A DNA stretch of 64,000 bases from a bacterium (GTDB lineage Bacteria; Patescibacteriota; Minisyncoccia; UBA6257; WO2-44-18): positions 8,624-72,623 of the forward strand of contig JAUSKF010000006.1 of assembly GCA_030646995.1 (NCBI GenBank), read 5' to 3'. Shown here one piece after another: positions 1-8,822 of this stretch. Position 1 is the stretch's first letter, and the number at the start of each line of letters is the position of its first letter. The notes beneath the pieces are model-generated. The model made no database searches. It saw nothing but the letters and a program-made list of their open reading frames with translations, and was not told where the DNA came from. The position numbers and the translations under genes are program-made.

Positions 1-1
1 A

Positions 2-115
2 TGGTGGTTTGCGTTGCGTCCCTCAAACACGGAAAATCTTTTGCGTTTAGTGATGGAAGCGAAAAACGAAGAAGTTTTGCGGTCAAAACTTGCGGAGATT
101 AAAGAGCTTCTATAG
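2..115 (+). CDS. Phosphomannomutase/phosphoglucomutase, C-terminal fragment (gene starts before the window)
   Basis: Frame 2 reads WWFALRPSNTENLLRLVMEAKNEEVLRSKLAEIKELL*, matching the domain-4 RxSxTE motif of alpha-D-phosphohexomutases; TAG at 113-115. Confidence 0.85.
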   Translation, partial: WWFALRPSNTENLLRLVMEAKNEEVLRSKLAEIKELL

Positions 116-149
116 GATTTGATTAGCAACTTTATAGCGAGGAGGCGGA

Positions 150-935
150 ATGCAGATCCTATATGGCCACGCCGTAGTTAAAGGAGTCATCGACTATTTG
201 CGGGCGTCTCCAAAGCGAAATAAGCAGCTTGCGATTATTGTTCCCGTGAATGATGACGCGGCTAGCGATGGATTTGTCGCGGAAGTTAATAACTTTGCTT
301 CCAATTTGGCGATTTCTACCAGAACCCTTTTCAAGACGATTAATGCTACGACAGAAGAGTTGATTGCTGATTTGGATCGGTTATCAGCCGATAAGGACGT
401 TGGCGGCGTGGTTTTGGTTTTGCCTTTGCCGAAGAATATTGATCGTGAAAAAGTTCTTTTGGCGATTCCGATCCGGAAGGACGTTGATGTGCTCAATCCC
501 GGAAATAAGGTTAGTGAGCCACCGGCCGTTCGGACTGTTTCGGAGATTTGGAAAGAATTTAATGATGGCTATCATCCGCGAAATGGCCCACCAAAGAAGG
601 TAGCAGTTGTCGGGCGCGGCTTGTTGATTGGGGCGCCCATCGCTAAGTATTTGCGTATGTGGGGGCATAGCGTTGAAGTTTATAACAGCAAAACCTCGCT
701 GGATGGCTTGAGAGACGCAGACGTTGTGATTCTCGGCGCCGGAGTTCCCAAATTGGTTTCTCCTTCAATACTCAAAGCCGGGGCGCATGTAATCGATTTC
801 GGCTATCCGGGAGATTTCGATTCAAAACATCCCGAAGCAGGAAAGGTCGGAATATATGTACCGGCCCGAGGCGGTACCGGGACGATCCTGACCGTTTCGA
901 TGTTCTACAACTTTTACCTTCTGAATAGCTGGTAG
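150..935 (+). CDS. folD: FolD-like methylenetetrahydrofolate dehydrogenase/cyclohydrolase, divergent paralog
   Basis: LPLP, KDVD, VVGRGLLIGAP, VIDFG and GGTG motifs; SD AGGAGG at 140-145. Confidence 0.85.
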   Translation: MQILYGHAVVKGVIDYLRASPKRNKQLAIIVPVNDDAASDGFVAEVNNFASNLAISTRTLFKTINATTEELIADLDRLSADKDVGGVVLVLPLPKNIDREKVLLAIPIRKDVDVLNPGNKVSEPPAVRTVSEIWKEFNDGYHPRNGPPKKVAVVGRGLLIGAPIAKYLRMWGHSVEVYNSKTSLDGLRDADVVILGAGVPKLVSPSILKAGAHVIDFGYPGDFDSKHPEAGKVGIYVPARGGTGTILTVSMFYNFYLLNSW

Positions 936-939
936 CGAA

Positions 940-968
940 TTGACAGGACCGTCAAGGTAGGTTATTAT
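940..968 (+). promoter_or_regulatory. Sigma70-type promoter for the 995 ORF
   Basis: TTGACA (940-945), 17 nt, TATTAT (963-968); SD AAGGAG at 986-991. Confidence 0.65.
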
Positions 969-985
969 CTTGACGGTCTTTTTTT
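947..985 (+). terminator. Intrinsic terminator after the folD-like gene
   Basis: 10-bp stem GACCGTCAAG/CTTGACGGTC followed by T7. Confidence 0.7.
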
Positions 986-994
986 AAGGAGAAA

Positions 995-1456
995 GTGATG
1001 ATTCGCTTGGTCACGGCAGTGCTGATGGCGCTCGTGGTGGTCTCGTGCGTCGGTTGCGGTGGCATGAATTGGAGCGTGACTCCATATGCCGGAGTTAGCG
1101 GCAATACGGATGATGAGTATTATCAGGGAATGGGCTGGCAAGCAGGAGTTTCCGTCACGCTTTATAGCGGGAGGTACCCGGCGCCTCCGGCAGTAATCCA
1201 GCCGGCTCCGGTCTATCGAAACGAGACCAAGGTGGAGAACAATGTTTCCAGCTCGTCCTCAAGTTCTTCGAGCTCGAATAGCTCGGCGACACAGAGTCAG
1301 ACGCAAAATCAGGAGCAGTCGCAGAGCCAGTCCCAGAGCCAGAATCAGGATCAGAGTCAGTCTGGTGGTGGTGAGGGAGGCGATGATGATGACCACGGTC
1401 ACGGCCATGACGATGAGCATGGTGGCCATGGTCATGATGACGACCATCCCGATTAG
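995..1456 (+). CDS. Putative lipoprotein with Ser/Gln low-complexity linker and His/Asp-rich tail
   Basis: Hydrophobic N-terminus ending VVVSCVGC (lipobox-like); poly-S, (QS)n, then DDDDHGHGHDDEHGGHGHDDDHPD; SD upstream and terminator downstream. Confidence 0.7.
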   Translation: MMIRLVTAVLMALVVVSCVGCGGMNWSVTPYAGVSGNTDDEYYQGMGWQAGVSVTLYSGRYPAPPAVIQPAPVYRNETKVENNVSSSSSSSSSSNSSATQSQTQNQEQSQSQSQSQNQDQSQSGGGEGGDDDDHGHGHDDEHGGHGHDDDHPD

Positions 1457-1460
1457 CCGG

Positions 1461-1487
1461 AAGCCCCGCAGTACGCGGGGCTTTTTT
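1461..1487 (+). terminator. Intrinsic terminator between convergent genes
   Basis: AAGCCCCGC-agtac-GCGGGGCTT plus T-tract. Confidence 0.85.
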
Positions 1488-1501
1488 ATTTGTGAATAAT
1501 A

Positions 1502-2068
1502 CTAGAAAAGAGTTGCCGGCAGGGATTCTTCTTGCCAGTTGAATTCGGCCTTCGATAATTCTTCTGTGTATTTTTTCGGGACCATTAGGTGTTTTTGTTT
1601 TTTTGCCAAGTCGTACAATTCTTTGGTGATTTTCACGTCGTTGAGGCAATAGCTGGCGAGCTCATCCATTTTTCCTTCTTTGTATAGCCGGATAGCCTCC
1701 AAGCCAGAGGAATGTGTTTTTCCGATTCCTAGGTTAGTTTTGGCCAGCATGTCCAGGCTGATCCGGTGGCCGAGAGCCAACTCGATCTCATCCAGCAGGT
1801 CCAGCCGGGGGAGGGCCATAATATTGAACTTGCAATGCTTGGCAAGCACCGGAAGATCGAAGCGGTTGATGCTAAATCCAATAATCAGTCCGGCTTTTTG
1901 AATCAAGACAGCGAGTTTGTCTAATTCATTTTCAAAAAAAGAAAGATATTTATCTTGGTTGTAGGAATAAACTCCTACAAAGGAGACCTCCAATTTATCG
2001 ATATTACTTTGCCCGCCTACGTCGGCGAAGCTATTTTTAGTTTCGATATCTATGACCAATTTATCCAT
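1502..2068 (-). CDS. RNase H-like (DEDD/YprB-type) exonuclease domain protein
   Basis: LVIDIET, IGFSINRFDLP and YCLNDV acidic motifs; ATG at 2068 directly follows the upstream stop. Confidence 0.75.
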   Translation of the reverse strand: MDKLVIDIETKNSFADVGGQSNIDKLEVSFVGVYSYNQDKYLSFFENELDKLAVLIQKAGLIIGFSINRFDLPVLAKHCKFNIMALPRLDLLDEIELALGHRISLDMLAKTNLGIGKTHSSGLEAIRLYKEGKMDELASYCLNDVKITKELYDLAKKQKHLMVPKKYTEELSKAEFNWQEESLPATLF

Positions 2069-2069
2069 T

Positions 2070-2555
2070 TTATACGTGTTTATCCGCAACATTTGAAGCG
2101 GCGTAGCTCTCCGGTTTGGTTTTCGCTTCGAAATTGTGGGCGCGGATCATTCCAACTAATTCCTGGATCATTACTTTCGTAGCCCCATTTTGTCCGATAT
2201 CAACGTGGATCTCGAAATCAAACTTTGGCGCGTCTTTAAAAGCCGCCAAGGATTCCGAGAACTGATTCGCGGAATCAAGCGAGATAAGCACCTCTCTGGT
2301 GATGCGGTCGCGAAGAGAATGAAATTTTATCGGCTCTCCGCTTCGAGTCCAAAAATAACGGGCGCCTTTGCCGATGCGGTGCACTACGATAGCAGTAACG
2401 AAGTCGGCTTTTTGTTCGATGTTGGCTTGAGAGTCCGTGCCAATCGTTACCCGGTATTCGGAGAGCCGATCATCTTTCATAAAATCAATAATTTGCTGAA
2501 CCACTTGTTCAGCCGTAATTGAAAATGGGAGACTGCTATTGAAGTATTTACTCAT
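2070..2555 (-). CDS. YkuK/DUF458 RNase H-like family protein
   Basis: IGTDSQ, TAIVVHRIGKG, EIHVDIG and KPESYAASNVADKH motifs. Confidence 0.85.
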   Translation of the reverse strand: MSKYFNSSLPFSITAEQVVQQIIDFMKDDRLSEYRVTIGTDSQANIEQKADFVTAIVVHRIGKGARYFWTRSGEPIKFHSLRDRITREVLISLDSANQFSESLAAFKDAPKFDFEIHVDIGQNGATKVMIQELVGMIRAHNFEAKTKPESYAASNVADKHV

Positions 2556-2604
2556 TGGTTATAAAATACCCTTTCTTGCCTGTTTTGGCAAGTATAATAT
2601 GAAG

Positions 2605-3816
2605 ATGAAAGAAGTTTATCTTGATTATGCGGCCTCTACTCCCGTAGATCCCAGAGTTGAGGAGGCAATGAAGCCATATTTAGGGGGAGTTTTTGGTAAC
2701 CCTCATTCTATGCATCGCTTTGGTCAGAAGGCTTCTCGGGCGGTTTTCGAGTCGCGTAAGGCCATTGCCGAATCTATCGGAGCTCATTACGAAGACATTA
2801 TCTTTACCGGATCGGCTACCGAAGCAAATAATTTGGCAATTCGCGGGTTAGTGAGCGGAGTATTGGCATCTCGTAAATTTTCTAAGCCAAGAATTATTAC
2901 TCTAGCAATTGAGCACGAGTCGATTTTGAGTACCTGCCAAGCCTTGTCGCTGAATGTAGAGACGATTTTTATTCCAGTCGACAAAAATGGCTTTGTGAAT
3001 TTGAAAAAGTTCAAAGAGGCGTTGAACGATCAGACGGTCTTAGTTTCGATAATGCACGCTAATAACGAAGTTGGGACAATCCAGCCGATTGCCGCCATAG
3101 CGGCAGAAATTAGAAATTGGAAATTGGAAATTAAGAGCGACTTGTTCCCTATTTTCCATACTGACGCCGCGCAGTCTTTCCAATATCTAGACTGTCAGGT
3201 AGAAAATTTGGGAGTGGATTTGATGACCTTGTCGGCTCATAAGATTTACGGCCCTAAAGGAATTGGGCTATTGTATGCTGGAAAAAATGCCCGCGAGATA
3301 ATGAAGCCGGTAATTACAGGAGCCGGCCAGGAAGGAGGTTTGCGTTCCGGCACGGACAACGTTCCGTATATAGTGGCCTTTGCGAAAGCCGTGGAGATTG
3401 CCGATAAGTTGCGGGAAAAAGAATCAAGGCGAATCGGAGAATTAAGGGATTATTTTTGGGTGAAGCTGGAAAAAGCGCTTGGCTTGAAGAAGGTGGTATT
3501 AAACGGAGTAATGCGAGACCGATTGCCTAATAATTTAAATCTTTATTTTCTAAAGCAAAAAGCTCACGATTTGTTAATTAAGTTGGATTTATTGGGTATT
3601 GCGGTTTCGCCGGGAGCGGCCTGTTCGGCGAGAGTTGCTAAAGCGTCTTATGTTTTGGAGGAGCTGGGCTTTTCGGAGGCGCGCGCTTCTGGAAGCTTGC
3701 GGTTCAGCCTCGGAAGACAGACCAGCAAGGATGACATTGATTACGTAATTTCTGCTACGTGTACCAGCCTTATAAAAACTAAGCGGGATGGTATAATTAA
3801 AGTATTGGATAGGTAG
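2605..3816 (+). CDS. iscS: Cysteine desulfurase (IscS/NifS family)
   Basis: YLDYAASTP, FTGSATEANN, HTDAAQ, LSAHKIYGPKG (PLP Lys), GAACS (catalytic Cys); start placed at ATG 2605 (2599 also possible) after TATAAT 2593-2598. Confidence 0.92.
   Translation: MKEVYLDYAASTPVDPRVEEAMKPYLGGVFGNPHSMHRFGQKASRAVFESRKAIAESIGAHYEDIIFTGSATEANNLAIRGLVSGVLASRKFSKPRIITLAIEHESILSTCQALSLNVETIFIPVDKNGFVNLKKFKEALNDQTVLVSIMHANNEVGTIQPIAAIAAEIRNWKLEIKSDLFPIFHTDAAQSFQYLDCQVENLGVDLMTLSAHKIYGPKGIGLLYAGKNAREIMKPVITGAGQEGGLRSGTDNVPYIVAFAKAVEIADKLREKESRRIGELRDYFWVKLEKALGLKKVVLNGVMRDRLPNNLNLYFLKQKAHDLLIKLDLLGIAVSPGAACSARVAKASYVLEELGFSEARASGSLRFSLGRQTSKDDIDYVISATCTSLIKTKRDGIIKVLDR
3106..3133. repeat. Degenerate heptamer tract (GAAATTR)x4 inside iscS
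   Basis: gaaatta gaaattg gaaattg gaaatta; encodes EIRNWKLEIK. Confidence 0.85.
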
Positions 3817-3822
3817 CAGTTC

Positions 3823-3851
3823 TTGAAAATTAGTATTTTTATTGATATAAT
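3823..3851 (+). promoter_or_regulatory. Sigma70 promoter of clpB
   Basis: TTGAAA, 17 nt, TATAAT with extended -10 TG at 3843-3844. Confidence 0.75.
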
Positions 3852-3865
3852 CCGTTAAAATCAAA

Positions 3866-6481
3866 ATGCCTTCTTTTAATAGATTCACTATCCGAGCCCA
3901 AGAGGCTCTCCAAAATGCTCAAGAGTTAGCCGCTAAGAGAAGTCACGGCGAATTCCGCGTTTTGCATCTTTTGCATACTCTCTTGCAAGACGAGCAAACT
4001 CTCGTCAGGCCAATGCTGATTAAGGCAGGTTTGAATGTGGAAAACTTTTTGCGTTCAGTGGAGGCGGAAATGAAGAAAATGCCAAAGATTTTCACCGCTT
4101 CCAATGTCGGTCAGCTCTATCTTTCTCCGGAATTAATGCAGGTCTTGGAGCGGGCCGGAAAGATCGCTATTTCTCAAAAAGATGAATATATCTCCTGCGA
4201 GCATTTGCTTTTGGGTATTTTTGATTCTTCTTCTTCGGCGCAAAAAATGCTTGAGAAATTCGGTTTGAAAAGGGATTTGGCTTTCCGTGCGCTTGCGCAG
4301 CTACGTGGCTCTACTCGTATTACCGATGAAACGCCGGAAAGTAAGTTCCAAGTTTTGGAAAAATACGCAGTTAATCTCACTGATCGGGCTCGAGATGGTA
4401 AGTTGGATCCGGTAATTGGCCGACAGGAAGAGTTGCGCCGTTTAATTCAAGTTTTGAGTCGGAGAACCAAGAATAATCCCGTGTTAATAGGAGAGTCGGG
4501 TGTGGGTAAGACCGCAATCGTTGAGGGATTAGCCCAGAGGATTGTTTCCGGTGATGTGCCGGAGACTCTGAAGGATAAGGAGATTATTATGTTGGATTTG
4601 GGTTCATTAATCGCCGGAACTAAGTTCCGTGGTGAGTTTGAAGATCGTTTGAAGGCCTTCGTGAAGGAAATCCAGAACTCTGCCGGCCGGTTAATCCTGT
4701 TTATTGATGAGATACACATGATAGTAGGAGCCGGCGCCGCAGAAGGGGCAATTGATGCTTCTAATCTTCTCAAGCCACCGCTCGCCCGTGGTGAGTTGCA
4801 TGCAATCGGCGCCACTACTATTCGGGAATATCAGCGTCATATTGAAAAAGACCCGGCTTTAGAGCGCCGGTTTCAGCCGATTATGGTTGAAGAGCCGAAC
4901 ACGGAAGATGCGGTTTCTATTTTGCGTGGCTTAAAAGAAAAATATGAGATGCATCATGGGTTGCAGATTAGCGACGAGGCTATTAGAGCGGCTGTGAATC
5001 TTTCTGCTCGATATATCACAGATCGCTTTTTGCCCGACAAAGCGGTGGATTTGATTGACGAAGCCGCTGCGGCGCGACGTCTGGAAACCGAAAGTCTGCC
5101 GATTGAATTGGATAAGATTCGTAGAGAGATTACCCGCCGAGAAATTGAGCGTTCAGCGCTTTCTCAAGAGAGTTCGGTTAAAAATAAGAGTCGGATGAAG
5201 ACTATCGACGGTGAGGTGGGTAAGTTGAAGGAAAAGAACGATGATCTATCGGCCTCTTGGCATGCGGAAAAAATTACTTTTGAAAATTTACATAATCTAA
5301 GGAAAAAAATTGAAGATTTGAAACGACAGGCTGAATTAGCCGAGCGAGAGGGCGATTTGGAGGGAGTTGCGCAAATTGTTTATGGAAGCTTGCCGCAGGC
5401 CGAGAAAGATTATAAGAGCTTCACGAAAAAACACGCTAAATCGTCCGGATTCATCAAAGAGAAGGTGGATGCCGAAGATATTGCTGCGGTGGTGGCTCGG
5501 TGGACGGGCATTCCGGTGAGTCGGATGTTGGAATCTGAGGCAAAAAAATTGATAAGAATTGAAGAGGCTTTACAGGGTCGGGTTATCGGGCAGGGAGCTG
5601 CCGTTAAGGCCGTGGCTAGCTCCTTGCGGCGTGCCCGCGCAGGGCTTTCCGATGAAAATCGCCCTCTCGGCTCATTTATGTTCTTGGGGCCGACCGGAGT
5701 CGGAAAAACTGAACTCGCTAAAGCCCTAGCGGAGTTTATGTTTAACGATGAAAAGTCCCTAATTCGCATAGATATGTCTGAATATATGGAGAAACATTCG
5801 GTTGCGCGTTTAATCGGATCGCCGCCGGGATATGTTGGTTTCGAGGATGGCGGGCAGCTGACTGAATTAGTGCGGCATCGGCCATATAGTCTGATTTTGT
5901 TTGATGAGATAGAAAAAGCGCATCCGGAGGTGTTTAATATTCTGCTACAAATTTTGGATAACGGACGGTTAACGGACAGCAAGGGCCGAGTAATTAACTT
6001 TAAAAATTCCATTATTTTACTTACCTCCAACGTGGGCAGTCATTACTTCAAGGCAATGTCGAACATAGGGTTTTCTTCTTCTGGAGACTCCGCTCACGAG
6101 TCTCAAGAGGAGGGATTACGCTCTAAAGTCAGCGAATCTTTAAAGCGGACTTTTAAACCGGAATTTCTGAATCGTTTAGATGAAACAATTATTTTTAATA
6201 CCTTAACAAAAAAAGAGATTGAGCAGATTGTTGATTTGCAGATTGATCAGGTGAAAGAAAGGCTAAAAGAGCGCAGTATCATCATTAATGTAGACGTGGC
6301 TGCTAAAAAGTATATAGTTGAGAACGGATTTGACCCGGAATACGGAGCTAGGCCGATTAGACGGTTAATACAAAAAACTATTCTCGATAAGCTTGCCGAC
6401 AAGATAATCGGCGGGGAAATTAAAGATGGTGACAAAGTTAAAATCGGTTTTTCTAAGTCCTCAATCAGCGTTAGCGTTTAA
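3866..6481 (+). CDS. clpB: ATP-dependent chaperone ClpB
   Basis: 871 aa; Clp N domain, Walker A motifs GESGVGKT and GPTGVGKT, long coiled-coil middle domain, [18 protein letters not shown]. Confidence 0.95.
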   Translation: MPSFNRFTIRAQEALQNAQELAAKRSHGEFRVLHLLHTLLQDEQTLVRPMLIKAGLNVENFLRSVEAEMKKMPKIFTASNVGQLYLSPELMQVLERAGKIAISQKDEYISCEHLLLGIFDSSSSAQKMLEKFGLKRDLAFRALAQLRGSTRITDETPESKFQVLEKYAVNLTDRARDGKLDPVIGRQEELRRLIQVLSRRTKNNPVLIGESGVGKTAIVEGLAQRIVSGDVPETLKDKEIIMLDLGSLIAGTKFRGEFEDRLKAFVKEIQNSAGRLILFIDEIHMIVGAGAAEGAIDASNLLKPPLARGELHAIGATTIREYQRHIEKDPALERRFQPIMVEEPNTEDAVSILRGLKEKYEMHHGLQISDEAIRAAVNLSARYITDRFLPDKAVDLIDEAAAARRLETESLPIELDKIRREITRREIERSALSQESSVKNKSRMKTIDGEVGKLKEKNDDLSASWHAEKITFENLHNLRKKIEDLKRQAELAEREGDLEGVAQIVYGSLPQAEKDYKSFTKKHAKSSGFIKEKVDAEDIAAVVARWTGIPVSRMLESEAKKLIRIEEALQGRVIGQGAAVKAVASSLRRARAGLSDENRPLGSFMFLGPTGVGKTELAKALAEFMFNDEKSLIRIDMSEYMEKHSVARLIGSPPGYVGFEDGGQLTELVRHRPYSLILFDEIEKAHPEVFNILLQILDNGRLTDSKGRVINFKNSIILLTSNVGSHYFKAMSNIGFSSSGDSAHESQEEGLRSKVSESLKRTFKPEFLNRLDETIIFNTLTKKEIEQIVDLQIDQVKERLKERSIIINVDVAAKKYIVENGFDPEYGARPIRRLIQKTILDKLADKIIGGEIKDGDKVKIGFSKSSISVSV

Positions 6482-7136
6482 GGCGGCTGTTTTCGCCGGT
6501 TTTTTTGCTTTGGCAAAACTAGGCGATTTCAGCCTATTTTCGTTATCTGTATTTTTTGTGGCTGCCTGGGTTTTATACACCCGACCATTTTTTAGGACGT
6601 TTGAGATGGCCGGAACTTTTGTTGTGTTATTGGCTAGCTCAATTGTATTTAGCCACACATTTACTGATTCGATTGATTTCCTGTTCGCAATTGTATATTT
6701 CTCGGCGCTCTTCTATATACTGGTGGGAATTAAGGATTTAGTCCTGATTAACAGAGATGGTTGGAGGGTATTTTTGAACTTCGCTTTGGCCTATCCGGCC
6801 TTTCTTATGTACTTTTACTACAATCAAGGTCATTTTTGGTGGAAATTGCCCTTATTGTTCGCAGTCCTCTTGTTTTTATCCAAGGATTTTCTCAAGAAGA
6901 GGATTGTCTTCTGGTTGGTCGCATTTTTAGGTTCACAAATTGCCTGGGCTGCCGATTTTTTACCAATCGGCTTCGTTAGCTCTGCTAATTTAGCGATTCT
7001 CTTCTATGCTACGGCCGTGTCCTATTGCGACCAGTATTTACGGGAAGGCCTGACTAAAAGACACATTCTTGCGTCTTTTAGTATTTTTCTTGTTCTTTTA
7101 GTCGCTATTTTCGCCTTCTCCTCCTGGGGATTTTAG
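6426..7136 (+). CDS. Hypothetical multi-pass membrane protein
   Basis: 236 aa, almost entirely hydrophobic helices; overlaps the clpB 3' end, start uncertain. Confidence 0.7.
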   Translation: MVTKLKSVFLSPQSALAFKAAVFAGFFALAKLGDFSLFSLSVFFVAAWVLYTRPFFRTFEMAGTFVVLLASSIVFSHTFTDSIDFLFAIVYFSALFYILVGIKDLVLINRDGWRVFLNFALAYPAFLMYFYYNQGHFWWKLPLLFAVLLFLSKDFLKKRIVFWLVAFLGSQIAWAADFLPIGFVSSANLAILFYATAVSYCDQYLREGLTKRHILASFSIFLVLLVAIFAFSSWGF

Positions 7137-7943
7137 GTATTCCCTGAACTCGGGCCCGAAGTCCTTATGCTTCAAGCCAAAATATACCTGCGCTTTTAAA
7201 ATCCCGATTTTGGATCCCGCATCAAACCTTTTACCAGGGAACTCCCAGGCATAAATTGAGCCTCCTTTAGACACATAGCTTCTTAGCGCGTCTGCTAGGG
7301 GGATTTCTTTGCCCGTGTATGGGTATAATTTTTCTAATTCTTCGAAAATCTCCGGAGTTAAAAGGTATCTGCCGATAATTGCCAGATTTGACGGCGCCTG
7401 GCCTTGGGCGGGTTTTTCCACAATATCCTCGATTAGTCGTAGGTCCTCATACTGCCCATCGGGCGCCACCTTAACCATGCCGTAGCTGGAGGCCAGCTCC
7501 GGAGGGACCGATTCTACCACTACTATCGGGGCATTAGCCTTTTTGAACTGGTCTACTAAGTTCTTTAGAGGCGGAATTTTGTCAGCCAGCAGGTCGTCGC
7601 CGAAACAAACCAAAAAGGGCTCATTTTTTATGAATTGGCGAGCCAGATATACCGCGTCGCCGTTTCCGGCCAGTTTTTCTTGTATAACGAAATCAAATTT
7701 TATTCCCAGCGTTTTCCAGCTGGGATCTTTTTCCAAATGGGTGATGTATTTTTTGAACTCCGGTTGATTTGGCCCGGTCACCAAAATAATATGATTGATT
7801 CCGGCGGCTACGATTTCGTCTATGACATAGTGAATAATCGGTCGGTCTACAATCCCAATCATTCCCTTTGGTTGATGTAGAGTCAGGGGCATTACTCGGG
7901 TCCCTAATCCGGCAACCGGCAAGATGGCTTTTTTGACTTCCAT
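7098..7943 (-). CDS. galU: UTP-glucose-1-phosphate uridylyltransferase
   Basis: KAILPVAGLGTR, LAGNGDAV, VEKP, SNLAIIGRY, RFDAGSK. Confidence 0.9.
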   Translation of the reverse strand: MEVKKAILPVAGLGTRVMPLTLHQPKGMIGIVDRPIIHYVIDEIVAAGINHIILVTGPNQPEFKKYITHLEKDPSWKTLGIKFDFVIQEKLAGNGDAVYLARQFIKNEPFLVCFGDDLLADKIPPLKNLVDQFKKANAPIVVVESVPPELASSYGMVKVAPDGQYEDLRLIEDIVEKPAQGQAPSNLAIIGRYLLTPEIFEELEKLYPYTGKEIPLADALRSYVSKGGSIYAWEFPGKRFDAGSKIGILKAQVYFGLKHKDFGPEFREYLKSPGGEGENSD

Positions 7944-7969
7944 ATTTGGGAAGTATAGAATAATTTCTA

Positions 7970-8611
7970 ATGTTTGTTAATCAAAAATCTACCGAAATCT
8001 GTTATGCCTTATTGCGGGTGGCGGCGCAGATTCGTCGTCAGCAACTAAAGCAGAACCTTGAGAAGTTGGCTTTCAGGTTTCTGGAAGCCGCCACCTCGGA
8101 GGATTTTGACTTGGCGTTGAAAACATCATCTTCTATTGATGCGATGCTGAAGATTGGTCAATCTCTCTATGAAATCGAACCGGTTAACTCTAAGGTTATT
8201 TCTGGCGAGCTTGAAGCGGTTAACGCGGCAATGCGGCAATCATTGGGCATAGATGGATTGCCGAATCTAGACAGGATTTTTGAAAAGGCGAATAATGCGG
8301 CAAGCTATTCGGCAAAAACTTTTGCCGATATACGGCCATCTGCCGGATTGCCGGATTCTTTGCCTGTTTCTGAAAATAATAACGGCAATAGCAATGGATT
8401 CTCGGCAACAATCCGGCAATCGGCAATTTTGGATAAGATTCGGCAATCCGGCAACAACCAGGCAGCACTTAAAGATATCATTGCCGCATTCCCGGAAATC
8501 AGTGAGCGGACTATGAGATATGACCTCCAAAAGCTATGTCTCCAAGGCTTAATAGAGCGTGTCGGTAGTGGTGGTCCGGGTAGCTACTATTCGGTCAAAA
8601 ATGGGGCGTAA
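7970..8611 (+). CDS. Protein with helical-bundle N-terminus, low-complexity linker and C-terminal DeoR-like winged HTH
   Basis: C-terminus LKDIIAAFPEISERTMRYDLQKLCLQGLIERVG resembles the DeoR-type HTH signature SxxTxRxDL. Confidence 0.75.
   Translation: MFVNQKSTEICYALLRVAAQIRRQQLKQNLEKLAFRFLEAATSEDFDLALKTSSSIDAMLKIGQSLYEIEPVNSKVISGELEAVNAAMRQSLGIDGLPNLDRIFEKANNAASYSAKTFADIRPSAGLPDSLPVSENNNGNSNGFSATIRQSAILDKIRQSGNNQAALKDIIAAFPEISERTMRYDLQKLCLQGLIERVGSGGPGSYYSVKNGA
8226..8486. repeat. Intragenic array of 14 CGGCAA/TTGCCG motifs (consensus ATNCGGCAAT)
   Basis: CGGCAA at 8226, 8234, 8298, 8310, 8383, 8403, 8414, 8421, 8441, 8449; TTGCCG at 8258, 8322, 8348, 8481. Confidence 0.9.
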
Positions 8612-8682
8612 TAAAACGAAAATAGCCTCGTTATATCTAGGTAATGACTTTGTGTGAGGCTGGGTCATTTACGAAGGCTTTT

Positions 8683-8714
8683 AATGTTTAAATATTTCAA
8701 TATTTAAATGTTGT
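8683..8714. repeat. Degenerate octamer tract x4, intergenic
   Basis: aatgttta aatatttc aatattta aatgttgt. Confidence 0.65.
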
Positions 8715-8728
8715 AGCCCTTACCAGCC

Positions 8729-8752
8729 CTCCCACATCGGGAGAGTTTTTTT
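8729..8752 (+). terminator. Possible weak intrinsic terminator downstream of the HTH gene
   Basis: CTCCC-acatc-GGGAG, then AG and T7. Confidence 0.45.
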
Positions 8753-8786
8753 ATTCCTCACAAGTAAAAAACTCCCAGTAATTACT

Positions 8787-8822
8787 TAAGACCTATAGGT
8801 CCTATAAGACTTATAAGTCCTA
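8787..8822. repeat. Nonamer tract x4 forming two 12-bp palindromes
   Basis: taagaccta taggtccta taagactta taagtccta; contains GACCTATAGGTC and GACTTATAAGTC. Confidence 0.85.

Noticed and set aside
1155-1649. 164-aa His/Arg-rich minus-strand ORF
   Set aside because: Reads through a terminator and mirrors the low-complexity lipoprotein; the + strand gene has the SD, promoter and signal peptide.
2539-2604. Longer iscS start from the ORF track (likewise 26232, 29636, 39399, 57969)
   Set aside because: The extensions overlap neighbouring genes or promoter boxes; downstream ATGs fit the family N-termini or SD/-10 spacing better.
8226-8822. Possible CRISPR array in the repeat-rich region
   Set aside because: Repeats are 6-10 bp, irregularly spaced and in both orientations; there are no 23-47 bp repeats with unique spacers and no cas genes.
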